Assembly (NCBI GenBank): GCA_036386395.1
Contig: DASVVU010000350.1
Span: forward strand, 1-58,854
Direction of reading: 5' to 3'
Length of the DNA: 58,854 bases
DNA from: Beijerinckiaceae bacterium
GTDB lineage: Bacteria; Pseudomonadota; Alphaproteobacteria; Rhizobiales; Beijerinckiaceae
Shown here: positions 28,402 to 37,174 of the stretch, piece by piece
How the letters are laid out: the number at the start of each line of letters is the position of its first letter
Numbering within the stretch: the first letter of the stretch is position 1
Program-made: the position numbers and the translations under genes
The notes under the pieces: model-generated
What the model was told of the DNA's origin: nothing
What the model saw: only the letters and a program-made list of their open reading frames with translations
Databases searched by the model: none

Positions 28402-29568
28402 ATGAAGGTTCGGATTTCGCGCACGGGCGCGCTCGGCGCCGCGCTCGCCGCGCTGCCCCTCGTCTCGTTGCCCGCCGCCGCGCAGCTCGCGGTCTCGTCG
28501 AACGACAACAAGGCGCTGCTGGCGAACGGGGTCAACACGGTGCCGCCGAACCCGGCCGACGACACGGTGACGGTCATCGACCTTTCCGCCTCGCCGCCGA
28601 AGGTCGTCGGCGAGGTCAAGGCGCCCTCGAGCGTGGTCGGGCCGCCGCAGAACGTGGCGGTCGCGCCCGACGAATCGATCGCCCTCGTCTCCTCGAACCA
28701 GAAGCTCGACCCCGCCGACCCGAAGAAGCTCGTCAACGACAACCGGCTCTCGGTCATCGACCTCAAGGCCAATCCGCCGGCCGTGATCGCGACCCTCGAG
28801 CTCGGCGCGGCGCCCGCCGGCATCGCCATCAACCGCGCCGGCAACCTCGCGCTCGTCGCGAACCGCGGCGAGGGCACGGTCTCGGTCCTGACCATCTCGG
28901 GCAAGACGGTGACGGCCGTGGGCAAGGTCGACTTCAGCGCCAAGGCCTCGGGCCCGTCGGGCGTCGCATTCTCGCCCGACGGCAGGACGGCGCTCGTGAC
29001 CCGTGACGGCGACCACCGCATCTCCGTCCTCTCCGTCGACGGCACGAACGTGCAGGACACGAAGCGCCTCATGACCGGCGGCTTCCGGCCCTATCCGATC
29101 GAGATCAGCCCGAAGGGCGACATCGCGGTCGTCGGTAACCAGGGCGGCGGCGCCGGCGACGTCGACACCATCAACGTCATCGACATGCGCGGAAAGGCGC
29201 CGCGCATCGTGCGCACGATCGACGTCGGCCAGATCGTCGAGGGCGTCGCCTTCTCGGACGACGGCGCTTTCGTGGCCGTGACCGCGCAGGACGGCTCGAA
29301 CCGCGCGCCGGACCATCCCTTCTACAACCCGCAGGGGCTCGCGGTCGTCTTCGCCGTGAACGGCACGGAGCTCGTGAAGGTCGCCGAGGCGCGGATCGGC
29401 AAGTGGAACCAGGGCATCGCCTGGAGCCGCGACGGCAAGACGCTTCTTGCCCAGAACATGGTCGAGAAGTCGCTCTCGGTCCTTGCCTTCGACGGCAAGA
29501 CCCTGAAGGTCGCGGGCGAGATCAAGGTCGACGGCGGACCGGAAGGCCTGCGCACCGCGCGGCGCTGA
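28402..29568 (+). CDS. YncE-family beta-propeller periplasmic protein
   Basis: Signal peptide; repeated VTVIDL / GVAFSPDG blades; GGAGG RBS. Confidence 0.8.
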   Translation: MKVRISRTGALGAALAALPLVSLPAAAQLAVSSNDNKALLANGVNTVPPNPADDTVTVIDLSASPPKVVGEVKAPSSVVGPPQNVAVAPDESIALVSSNQKLDPADPKKLVNDNRLSVIDLKANPPAVIATLELGAAPAGIAINRAGNLALVANRGEGTVSVLTISGKTVTAVGKVDFSAKASGPSGVAFSPDGRTALVTRDGDHRISVLSVDGTNVQDTKRLMTGGFRPYPIEISPKGDIAVVGNQGGGAGDVDTINVIDMRGKAPRIVRTIDVGQIVEGVAFSDDGAFVAVTAQDGSNRAPDHPFYNPQGLAVVFAVNGTELVKVAEARIGKWNQGIAWSRDGKTLLAQNMVEKSLSVLAFDGKTLKVAGEIKVDGGPEGLRTARR

Positions 29569-29570
29569 GC

Positions 29571-29725
29571 GCGGCCCACCTCTCCCGGAGGGAGAGGTCG
29601 AGTCGGCGCGGTAGCGCCGACCGGGGGTCGGCCGCCGGGGGCGGAGCCTGCGCTGCTGCGCCGTCCGCGCCTTCTGCGGAGAGGGTGGTCCCTCACCCCT
29701 GCCCCTCTCCCGTCCGGGAGAGGGA
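29571..29725. repeat. Palindromic repeat, family C, full copy
   Basis: CCTCTCCC-n-GGGAGAGG hairpins at both ends; homologous to 2713-2774, 39175-39303 and 40405-40552. Confidence 0.8.
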
Positions 29726-29739
29726 AAGCGGGAGTTCCC

Positions 29740-30828
29740 TCACCGCCCCGTCTTCACCCTTGTCCACGCCCGCGTCACCGTGCGTTGCGCGCGCTCGTCG
29801 TAGGCGGTGTTGGTGAAGAGGCGGCGGAAGGTCGCCTCGTCCGGATAGACGCCGGGGTTGTTCAGGATCTCCGGGTTGACGAGGGGCCTCGCGGCGAGGT
29901 TGCCCGAGGCGTAGGACACGAAGTTGGTGTTCTGGGCCGCGATCTCGGGGCGCATCAGGTAGTCGATGAAGGCGTGCGCCTCGGCGACGTTCTTGGCATC
30001 CGCCGGGATCGCGATCGAGTCGAACCACATGAGCGCGCCCTCGCGCGGCACGAAATAGGCGATCTCGACCGCGTTCTTCGCTTCCTCGGCGCGCTTCCTC
30101 GCTTGCAGCACGTCGCCCGAGTAGCCGACCGCCATGCAGATGTCGCCGTTCGCGAGCGCGTTGATGTACTCCGACGAGTGGAACTTCTGCACCGAGCCGC
30201 GGATGCGGAACATCGCGTCGCCCGCCCGCGTCAGGTCCTCGACGCGCTTCGAATCGGGGTTGAGGCCGAGGTAGTTGAGGACGTTCGGGAAGACGTCCTC
30301 CGGCGCGTCGAGGACGTGGATGCCGCAGTCCTTGAGCTTCGACAGGAGCTCGGGGCGCAGCAGGAGGTCCCAGGTGTTGAACGGCTGGCTGCCGAGGCGC
30401 TGGCGCACCTTCTGCACGTTCACGCCGATGCCGGTCGTGCCCCACATGTAGTTGATCGCGTACTCGTTGCCCGGGTCGTAGACCTGGAGGCGCTGCATCA
30501 CCTCGGGCCACAGGTTCTTGAGGTTCGGGAGCTTCCCCTTGTCGAGCTTGCGGAACACCCCGGCCTTGATCAGCCGCTGCAGGAACGGGCCCGACGGCAC
30601 CACCACGTCGTAGCCGGACTTGCCGGCGAGAAGCTTCGTCTCGACGATCTCGTTGTTGTCGTAGGTATCGTAGGTGACCTTGATGCCGGTCTCCTTGGTG
30701 AAGCTCTCTAGCACCTTCGGGTCGATGTAGTCCGACCAGTTGTAGACGTTGACGACCCGCTCCTGCGCGGCGGCGGAGCCAACGAGGGCGAGGGCAAGCC
30801 CGAGGGCCGACAGGGCGGCGCGGATCAT
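29740..30828 (-). CDS. potF: Polyamine ABC transporter substrate-binding protein (PotF/PotD)
   Basis: VYNWSDYID, GYDVVVPS, YMWGTTGIG, GYSGD, PREGALMWFD. Confidence 0.88.
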   Translation of the reverse strand: MIRAALSALGLALALVGSAAAQERVVNVYNWSDYIDPKVLESFTKETGIKVTYDTYDNNEIVETKLLAGKSGYDVVVPSGPFLQRLIKAGVFRKLDKGKLPNLKNLWPEVMQRLQVYDPGNEYAINYMWGTTGIGVNVQKVRQRLGSQPFNTWDLLLRPELLSKLKDCGIHVLDAPEDVFPNVLNYLGLNPDSKRVEDLTRAGDAMFRIRGSVQKFHSSEYINALANGDICMAVGYSGDVLQARKRAEEAKNAVEIAYFVPREGALMWFDSIAIPADAKNVAEAHAFIDYLMRPEIAAQNTNFVSYASGNLAARPLVNPEILNNPGVYPDEATFRRLFTNTAYDERAQRTVTRAWTRVKTGR

Positions 30829-30940
30829 GGGCGCGTCTCCTTCGAGAGCCGTTCTTGGTTTGCGCGCAAGCTAGGGGCTCGCCTGTGCGGCGGCAACCCG
30901 AAGGGGCGCGGCAAACCAGCCTGTGGGTGCGGCGTCCTGT

Positions 30941-30952
30941 TGCTGCGGCGCA
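30941..30952 (-). promoter_or_regulatory. Putative PhaR box between potF and the HNH gene
   Basis: Minus strand TGCGCCGCAGCA matches TGCRNYGCASMA. Confidence 0.4.
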
Positions 30953-31036
30953 ACCTTCACAAGCCCGTCATCGGGCTTGTAGATTGACACGGAAGCGGGA
31001 TTCGTCTCTTCGGGGTGTCGTGAACGAGGAGGTGGC

Positions 31037-31606
31037 GTGACGATCCACGTTCAGCCTGTGGTGCGGCCGGAGGCCTGTCCGGCCCTCGTCCTCAACGCCG
31101 ACTATCGGCCGCTGAGCTACTACCCCCTGTCGATCTGGGGCTGGCAGGACGCCATCAAGGCCGTCTTCCTCGACCGCGTGAACATCGTCTCGGAGTACGA
31201 CAAGACCGTCCGAAGTCCGAGCTTCGAGATGCGGCTGCCTTCCGTCGTCTCGCTCAAGACCTACGTCAAGCCGTCCCGGCACCCGGCCTTCACCCGCTTC
31301 AACGTCTTCCTGCGCGACCGCTTCACCTGCCAGTACTGCGGCGCCCGCGAGGACCTCACCTTCGACCACCTGATCCCGCGCTCGAAGGGCGGGCACACCA
31401 CCTGGGAGAACGTCGTCGCGGCCTGCTCGCCCTGCAACCTGAGGAAGGGCGACCGCCTCCCCCGCGAGGTCGAGATGTGGCCGCGCCAGGCGCCCTTCGC
31501 CCCGAGCCTCTCCGACCTCCACCGCAACGGCCGCCTCTTCCCGCCGAACTACCTCCACGAGAGCTGGCTCGACTACCTGTACTGGGACACCGAACTCGAG
31601 CCGTGA
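31037..31606 (+). CDS. HNH endonuclease (McrA-like)
   Basis: LVLNADY, RDRFTCQYC, DHLIPRSKGG, NVVAACSPCNLRK. Confidence 0.9.
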   Translation: MTIHVQPVVRPEACPALVLNADYRPLSYYPLSIWGWQDAIKAVFLDRVNIVSEYDKTVRSPSFEMRLPSVVSLKTYVKPSRHPAFTRFNVFLRDRFTCQYCGAREDLTFDHLIPRSKGGHTTWENVVAACSPCNLRKGDRLPREVEMWPRQAPFAPSLSDLHRNGRLFPPNYLHESWLDYLYWDTELEP

Positions 31607-31666
31607 CGGCGCGCTCCCGGCAGAGCCTCTGTGTCGTTCACCCGCAGCAGCGTCGAACCGTTCGCT

Positions 31667-32926
31667 TCAGCGTCCGCGCGGCGACGGCGTGACGGGCTCG
31701 CAGTCCTCCCCAAGCGACTTCGCGAACGCGCGTTCAAGCCGGCGCACCGTCGCGTCCGGGACCCCGTCTTCTGAGAACATGCGGCGCCAGGGCTTCATCG
31801 TCTCGATCATGCGGTCCACGATGCCGCGCGCCGGGGCGGCGTCGAGGCCGAACTCCCCACACCGGCTGAGGCAATTGGCGATGCTCGGATAGGCGCCCGA
31901 AGCCCCAACCCCGATGGCCTGCATCGGTTCGAAGTCCGGCTGCGGCACGATGTCGAAAGCGGGCGAGAGGCGCCATCCGGAGGCGTCGCAGAGGACCGCG
32001 TGGTTCTTGAGATGGTCGTCGCGGTTGCCGCTCAGCACGTTGAAGACCATCCGCCGGAACAGCTCCTCGCGGTCCTGCCGGTGGCGGGCCGAGATCCGAT
32101 GCAGGAAGCCGGCGATGTCGAGGTAAGAGCCGGCGTCGGAGGTCTCGTCGAGGTCGAGCAGGCTCAGCGCGCTCACGTAGTGGGCGGTCGGCCGGAAAGG
32201 TGGGCCGGCGGTGCGGTCGAACCGTCGGACCAGCACCACCCGGCGCGGGCCGACGTCGCGGAGCCGTGTCTCCGCAGTCTCGATGCCGCATGCAGCGGCG
32301 AGACGCATGGTGGCGTGCTCCGCGGCGCACTGGTCGTACTCGTCGTCGCGACGCTGGAACTTCGCGATCCACAGCGCGCCGTCCAAGGCGATCGCCGCCT
32401 TCGGCCTCGCTCCGCCCAGGCTGCGGCCCGCCTGGAAGAAGCGGGCCGCGTTCGCGTCGGCCGCCTCGCCGCGGTCGAGCCGCTCGAACTGCTCGCCGAG
32501 TTCCGCGAGATCGGCGGCTCCCGCGAATCCCTCGCTCGCGGCGGGGGGGTCGGAGGTTGCCGAGAAGGCGAGGCAGCCGACGCGTTCGTCCCCGGTCACG
32601 AACAGCCAGTCGGCAGGCGACAACGGCGGGCGCGCGGCGGGCCTCGTCGCCTCCACGACGCGCCGCCCCCAGCGGTCCGGAGTGGTGTCGGCGAGCGGCC
32701 CTGGCAACCTCTCGCGCCTGCGGGCCTCGAAAGGCCCGGGCGCGAGCGGCAGGTTCTCCGGGTCGAGCGGGAACGCGCGACCGTGCTCGTTGCGACGCCA
32801 CGAGCCGACGTAGCTGAAGCGCCCGAAGGCCGCAGCGCCCTGCGGCGTCACGAGCTGGTAGAGGCCCACAAGGCGCGAGCTGCCGTCGGCGAAGCGGGCG
32901 TGGACATAGGCCTCAGAGACGGTCAA
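31667..32926 (-). CDS. hipA: HipA-family kinase toxin
   Basis: SLGGARPK, IAKF, NRDDHLKNH, LSPAFD; TTG start overlapping the antitoxin stop. Confidence 0.88.
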   Translation of the reverse strand: MTVSEAYVHARFADGSSRLVGLYQLVTPQGAAAFGRFSYVGSWRRNEHGRAFPLDPENLPLAPGPFEARRRERLPGPLADTTPDRWGRRVVEATRPAARPPLSPADWLFVTGDERVGCLAFSATSDPPAASEGFAGAADLAELGEQFERLDRGEAADANAARFFQAGRSLGGARPKAAIALDGALWIAKFQRRDDEYDQCAAEHATMRLAAACGIETAETRLRDVGPRRVVLVRRFDRTAGPPFRPTAHYVSALSLLDLDETSDAGSYLDIAGFLHRISARHRQDREELFRRMVFNVLSGNRDDHLKNHAVLCDASGWRLSPAFDIVPQPDFEPMQAIGVGASGAYPSIANCLSRCGEFGLDAAPARGIVDRMIETMKPWRRMFSEDGVPDATVRRLERAFAKSLGEDCEPVTPSPRGR

Positions 32927-33260
32927 GGTCGACCTCGCGCGAACGCGGCCGGCGCGCACGCTTCGGTAACCGGGCCGCCTCGATGGCGGCGGCGAAGCGG
33001 TCGTTCTCGGGACGGACAGCCTCCCGGACGGGGACCAGCAGCCCGAGCACCCAGGCCGCCGCGGCGAAGACGCCCAGCGACACGGTCGGATCCCCCCGTT
33101 CGAGCTTACGCAGGGTTGGAAGGGAAACACCGATGCGCTCGGCGAGGTCGCTCGCCGGCAGGCGGCGCCGAAGGCGCGCCGCGCGCAGGCCCTCGCCGAT
33201 CACGGCCAGCGAAGCGGCAGCGTCCCATGGCAAGGGGACCCTTGATGACTTGCGATGCAT
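32913..33260 (-). CDS. XRE HTH antitoxin (HipB-like)
   Basis: LRAARLRRR...DLAERIGVSLPTLRKLERGDPTVSLG; directly upstream of hipA. Confidence 0.82.
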   Translation of the reverse strand: MHRKSSRVPLPWDAAASLAVIGEGLRAARLRRRLPASDLAERIGVSLPTLRKLERGDPTVSLGVFAAAAWVLGLLVPVREAVRPENDRFAAAIEAARLPKRARRPRSREVDLDRL

Positions 33261-33512
33261 GGCAAAGATAATTGCATATAGCACGCCGTAAGTAAAACTA
33301 TGATTTCAGTACAGGCCGGTTCGTCAGCCTAAGCGAGGGCGCTTCGACCTAATCCGCGGCGTGCCCGCAGTGCCCGGCGACGCTCACCGGCTCCTCTGTT
33401 GCGGAGCTTTGGCGCCGATGCCCAGCCACGCGGCATTTTCGGTCCAGCGGCGCACTCAAATCCTCCCGCAGTTCTCGTCGGCCGACGGGCGCCCGCTTTT
33501 GGGGATGCATCG

Positions 33513-34058
33513 CTACAGCGGGTCAATCAACTTAGCCGGTCGCCGTGCCGGAATTATGGGGTGCGCGACGGCCGCGGCGGCCGCCAAGGCCGCGAGCCCC
33601 AAGGACACCACCACGTTCCAGCCCGCCATCGAGAGGCCGAGGAAGCGGAATGCCGCCTCGGTGCAGCTCACCACACGGACACCCTCGAGTTGCTTGCGGA
33701 AGTCGTCCAGGCCGCTCGGCGCCGGCGGCGGCGCGCCGCCGCAGTCGTTGGGCCCGAGCCAGAAGCCCCATTCGACGCCGGCGTGGTAGGCCCCGAGGGC
33801 CGCGCCGACGAGGAAGATCGGCGCGAGGAGCCCAAGCCCGGCTCGCCGCACCCCGTCCGGCACGGGCGCCAGCACGAGCGCAAGGGCGATCGGGATGGCG
33901 ACGTAGTAGGGCCAGCGCTGGTGGAGGCACAGCTTGCAGGGCACGTACCCGAGGACGTGCTGCGAGAACAGTGCCGTCCCGATGGTCGCCGTCGCGACGA
34001 ACAAAATGATGAGCGTCGCGGTGCGGGGCTCGGTCAGGCGGGCCACGAGGCGGTCCAT
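33513..34058 (-). CDS. dsbB: Disulfide bond formation protein B family
   Basis: PCKLCLHQRWPYY, YHAGVEW, LGLSMAGWN. Confidence 0.85.
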   Translation of the reverse strand: MDRLVARLTEPRTATLIILFVATATIGTALFSQHVLGYVPCKLCLHQRWPYYVAIPIALALVLAPVPDGVRRAGLGLLAPIFLVGAALGAYHAGVEWGFWLGPNDCGGAPPPAPSGLDDFRKQLEGVRVVSCTEAAFRFLGLSMAGWNVVVSLGLAALAAAAAVAHPIIPARRPAKLIDPL

Positions 34059-34071
34059 CGGCAGCCCCGCC

Positions 34072-34653
34072 TCAGAAGAGATACCGGAAGGCCACGAAGC
34101 CGCCGACGATCGTCACGGCAAGCCCCGCCATCACCTTGTTGAAGTGGGTGTCGATCACGCCCTTGATGGCCGGCCCGAAGCGCCCGAGGATCGCCGCCAG
34201 GAAGAAGAAGCGCGCGCCGCGGGTCACGATCGACAGCACCACGAACCAGAACAGGTCGTAGCCGGCGAACCCCGAGGTGATGGTGACGAGCTTGTAGGGG
34301 ATCGGCGTCAGGCCTTTCAGCAGGATGACCCAGTGGCCGTACTGCGCGTAAGCCGCGCGGAAGGCCTCGGCGCTCTCGGTCAGGCCGTAGATGCGGAACA
34401 GCCACTGCCCGACCGACTCGTAGAGCAGCGCCCCGATGGCGTAGCCCACAAGCCCGCCGGCGACCGAGGTGACGGTCATGACGAGGGCGTAGAACCACGC
34501 CCGGTCGGGCCGGGCGAGGGCCATCGGCACGAACATCACGTCCGGCGGAATCGGGAAGAACGAGCTCTCCGCGAACGAGACCGCGCCGAGCGCATAAGGC
34601 GCGGCGGGCTTGCTCGCGAGAGAGAGCGTCCAGTCGTAGAGGCGTCGGAACAT
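34072..34653 (-). CDS. YqaA/DedA-family membrane protein
   Basis: SFAESSFFPIPPD, GLTPIPYKL. Confidence 0.9.
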   Translation of the reverse strand: MFRRLYDWTLSLASKPAAPYALGAVSFAESSFFPIPPDVMFVPMALARPDRAWFYALVMTVTSVAGGLVGYAIGALLYESVGQWLFRIYGLTESAEAFRAAYAQYGHWVILLKGLTPIPYKLVTITSGFAGYDLFWFVVLSIVTRGARFFFLAAILGRFGPAIKGVIDTHFNKVMAGLAVTIVGGFVAFRYLF

Positions 34654-34857
34654 GGAAGGCGGCAAGGCTCCAGATGACGCGGCTTCGGGGAAGTGCGGGC
34701 CCCTTTGAGCACAAACCCGCCCGCGCCGCGAGGCCGAACCGTCTGCGGCTGGCCGCCGCGATTGTTTCGGCGGCGCAACCCGGCACGACATTCTCCTGAA
34801 AACTCCGGCCCTTATCGGACGCCCACCGATCGCCGGATCAGGGAGAATCACCTCGCG

Positions 34858-34932
34858 ATGTCCACCATCCTCACGTTCTGCATTGGAGCCGTCGCGCCCC
34901 TCGCCACCATGGGGTGGCTCCTCCTCCACTGA
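34858..34932 (+). CDS. Candidate 24-aa hydrophobic small protein (MSTILTFCIGAVAPLATMGWLLLH)
   Basis: GGGAGA SD upstream, host-like codons, single TM-length hydrophobic stretch. Confidence 0.45.
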   Translation: MSTILTFCIGAVAPLATMGWLLLH

Positions 34933-34937
34933 GCCCC

Positions 34938-35079
34938 TGTCATTCCGGGGCGCGCGAAGCGCGAGCCCGGAACCCATAAACACGAATCTTTGCAATGAGG
35001 CTGAAGCGGTCGTGCGCAATCGGCGCCGCTGGTGTTTATAGGTTCCGGGCTCGCGCCTGCGGCGCGCCCCGGAATGACA
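34938..35079. repeat. Palindromic repeat, family B (TGTCATTCCGGGG...CCCCGGAATGACA), full copy
   Basis: Long terminal inverted repeats with internal hairpins; fragments at 19291-19333 and 23045-23060. Confidence 0.85.
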
Positions 35080-35089
35080 ATGACGCTGC

Positions 35090-36136
35090 CTACGTCCCGA
35101 AGTACTTCGTGTAGTTGGCCTTGATCTCCTCGGCTCGGTCGGCGATCGCGGCCGGGTCCTCGGTCAGGAGCTTGATCGTGGACAGCGGCCGGCGGCCGGG
35201 CTTCTCGCGGGCGAGCGGGTGCAGGGAGCGCTCGCCGCCCTCGTCGATGAGGAGCTGCTGCAGCTCCGGCGAGAAGAGCCAGGCCTGGAACAGGCGCGCC
35301 GCGTTCGGGTGCGGCGCCTTGGCCAGCACCGCGGTCGGCGAGGGCACGAGGGGCGTGCCTTCCTCCGGATAGACGATCTCGACGGGCGCGCCCGATTCCT
35401 TCAGCGTGAACATGTTCGACTCGGTGCCGTCGGCCATGACCGGCCGCTCGCCGACCGCGAGTTTCTTGGGGCTCTCGGTCGAGGACTGCACCTGCATGAC
35501 CTTCTGCTTCGCGAGGCGCTCGAAGTAGCCCCAGCCGAGCGCGCGGGCGACGGCCGAGGTCTCGGTCAGGATGGTGCCGCTGTAGGAGGGATGGGCCTTG
35601 ACGATGAGGCCGCGCCACTTCGGGTCGAGGAGGTCGGCGTAAGCGCGCGGCGCCTCGGACGCCTTCACGAAGCGCGTGTTGTAGCCGACGACGCAGAGCG
35701 ACGCCTTCCAGGTCGCGAACTGCCCGTCCGGGTCGACGTGCTCGGGCGCGTAGTGGCGCGCGACGTCCTCGGGCACGAAGGGGGCAAGCCACTCCTGGCG
35801 CTTCCACACCACGAAGTGGGCGGCGTCGGCGCTGTTCACCACGTCGGCGTTGAAGATGCGGCTCGCGTATTCCTGCGCGAGGCGCTGGAACTGCCGCTGC
35901 GCGCCGTTGCGCTCGACCATCACCTTGATGCGCGGGTATTTCGCCTCGAACGCCTTCTTGACCTTCTCGGCCACCTCCACATCGACGGAGGTGTAGAAGT
36001 TGACCGTCCCCTCCCGCTCGGCCGCCGCGACGAGCTCCGCCGTCACCGGCGTCGCGGCGGGAAGCGCGAGCGCGCCGCTGGCGAAGGCGACGAGCATGGG
36101 CGCGAGTGCGGCGCGGAGCAGACGATTGAGGCGCAT
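35090..36136 (-). CDS. ABC transporter substrate-binding protein (iron(III)/thiamine-like family, orphan)
   Basis: Signal peptide; AAEREGTVNFYTS, YADLLDPKWRG, APHPNAARLF. Confidence 0.8.
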   Translation of the reverse strand: MRLNRLLRAALAPMLVAFASGALALPAATPVTAELVAAAEREGTVNFYTSVDVEVAEKVKKAFEAKYPRIKVMVERNGAQRQFQRLAQEYASRIFNADVVNSADAAHFVVWKRQEWLAPFVPEDVARHYAPEHVDPDGQFATWKASLCVVGYNTRFVKASEAPRAYADLLDPKWRGLIVKAHPSYSGTILTETSAVARALGWGYFERLAKQKVMQVQSSTESPKKLAVGERPVMADGTESNMFTLKESGAPVEIVYPEEGTPLVPSPTAVLAKAPHPNAARLFQAWLFSPELQQLLIDEGGERSLHPLAREKPGRRPLSTIKLLTEDPAAIADRAEEIKANYTKYFGT

Positions 36137-36247
36137 CTCACCCTCGTTCGGTAGAGGCCGAGGGTTGAATATCACAACGCAGCAGCCTTCGCGCTTCCAC
36201 CCCCACCCGCGCCCGTGTAATCCGAGCTTCAGCGCACGGGAGGAACC

Positions 36248-37174
36248 ATGAAGATCGCGGTGATGGGGTCGGGCGGGGTCGGCGGCTATTTCGGGGCGCG
36301 GCTCGCGAAGGGCGGGGCCGAGGTGCATTTCGTGGCGCGCGGCGCGCACCTCGAGACCATGCGCCGGGACGGCATCGCCATCGAGGGCGGGCCGGACCCG
36401 ATCCATGTCCGACAGGTGAACGCGACCGACGACCCCAAGGAGATCGGCGTCGCCGACGTCGTCCTCTTCGCCGTGAAGCTGTGGGACACGGAAAGCGCGC
36501 TGGAGCTGATCCGGCCCATGGTCGGGCCGGACACCGCCATCGTGTCGTTCCAGAACGGGGTGCAGAAGGACGACTACCTGCGTGCCGCCTACGATCCGCG
36601 CCAGGTGATGGGCGGCGTGACTTACGTCGCGACCACCATCGACCGCCCCGGCGTGATCCGCCAGACCGGCACGATGCAGCGCCTCGTGTTCGGCGAGTTC
36701 GACGGCGCGCGCTCGCCCCGCGCCGAGGCGCTCCTTGCGGCGGCGCAAGCCGGCGGCATTAACGCCGAGATCAGCCCCGACATCCGCCGCGAGATCTGGG
36801 AGAAGTACGTCTTCCTGGTCGGCCTCTCGGGCACGACCACCACCATGCGGACGACCATCGGCCCGATTCGCGAGAACCCGAAGACGCGCGCCTTCCTGCG
36901 CGACGTGATGGCCGAGGTGGTGGCGGTCGGGCGCGCGCACGAAGTCGCGCTGGAGGCGGACCACGCCGACAAGCGCCTCGCGCACGCCGACAACCTGCCC
37001 TTCGAGATGACCTCGTCCATGCATCACGATTTCGAGCGCGGGAACCGGCTCGAGGTGCCGTGGCTCTCCGGCGGCGTAGCCGCGCTCGGGGCGAAGGTCG
37101 GCGTGCCGACGCCGCTGAACCGCGCCATCGCCGACATCCTGGCGCTCTACGCCGACGGCCGGAAGGGCGCCTGA
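36248..37174 (+). CDS. panE: 2-dehydropantoate 2-reductase family
   Basis: GSGGVGGYFG, FAVK, FQNG, IWEK, SSMHHD. Confidence 0.85.
   Translation: MKIAVMGSGGVGGYFGARLAKGGAEVHFVARGAHLETMRRDGIAIEGGPDPIHVRQVNATDDPKEIGVADVVLFAVKLWDTESALELIRPMVGPDTAIVSFQNGVQKDDYLRAAYDPRQVMGGVTYVATTIDRPGVIRQTGTMQRLVFGEFDGARSPRAEALLAAAQAGGINAEISPDIRREIWEKYVFLVGLSGTTTTMRTTIGPIRENPKTRAFLRDVMAEVVAVGRAHEVALEADHADKRLAHADNLPFEMTSSMHHDFERGNRLEVPWLSGGVAALGAKVGVPTPLNRAIADILALYADGRKGA

Noticed and set aside
31037-31606. HNH gene as a mobile element or CRISPR-associated nuclease
   Set aside because: Host-like codon usage, no flanking repeats, array or cas genes; looks like the ordinary chromosomal HNH protein.
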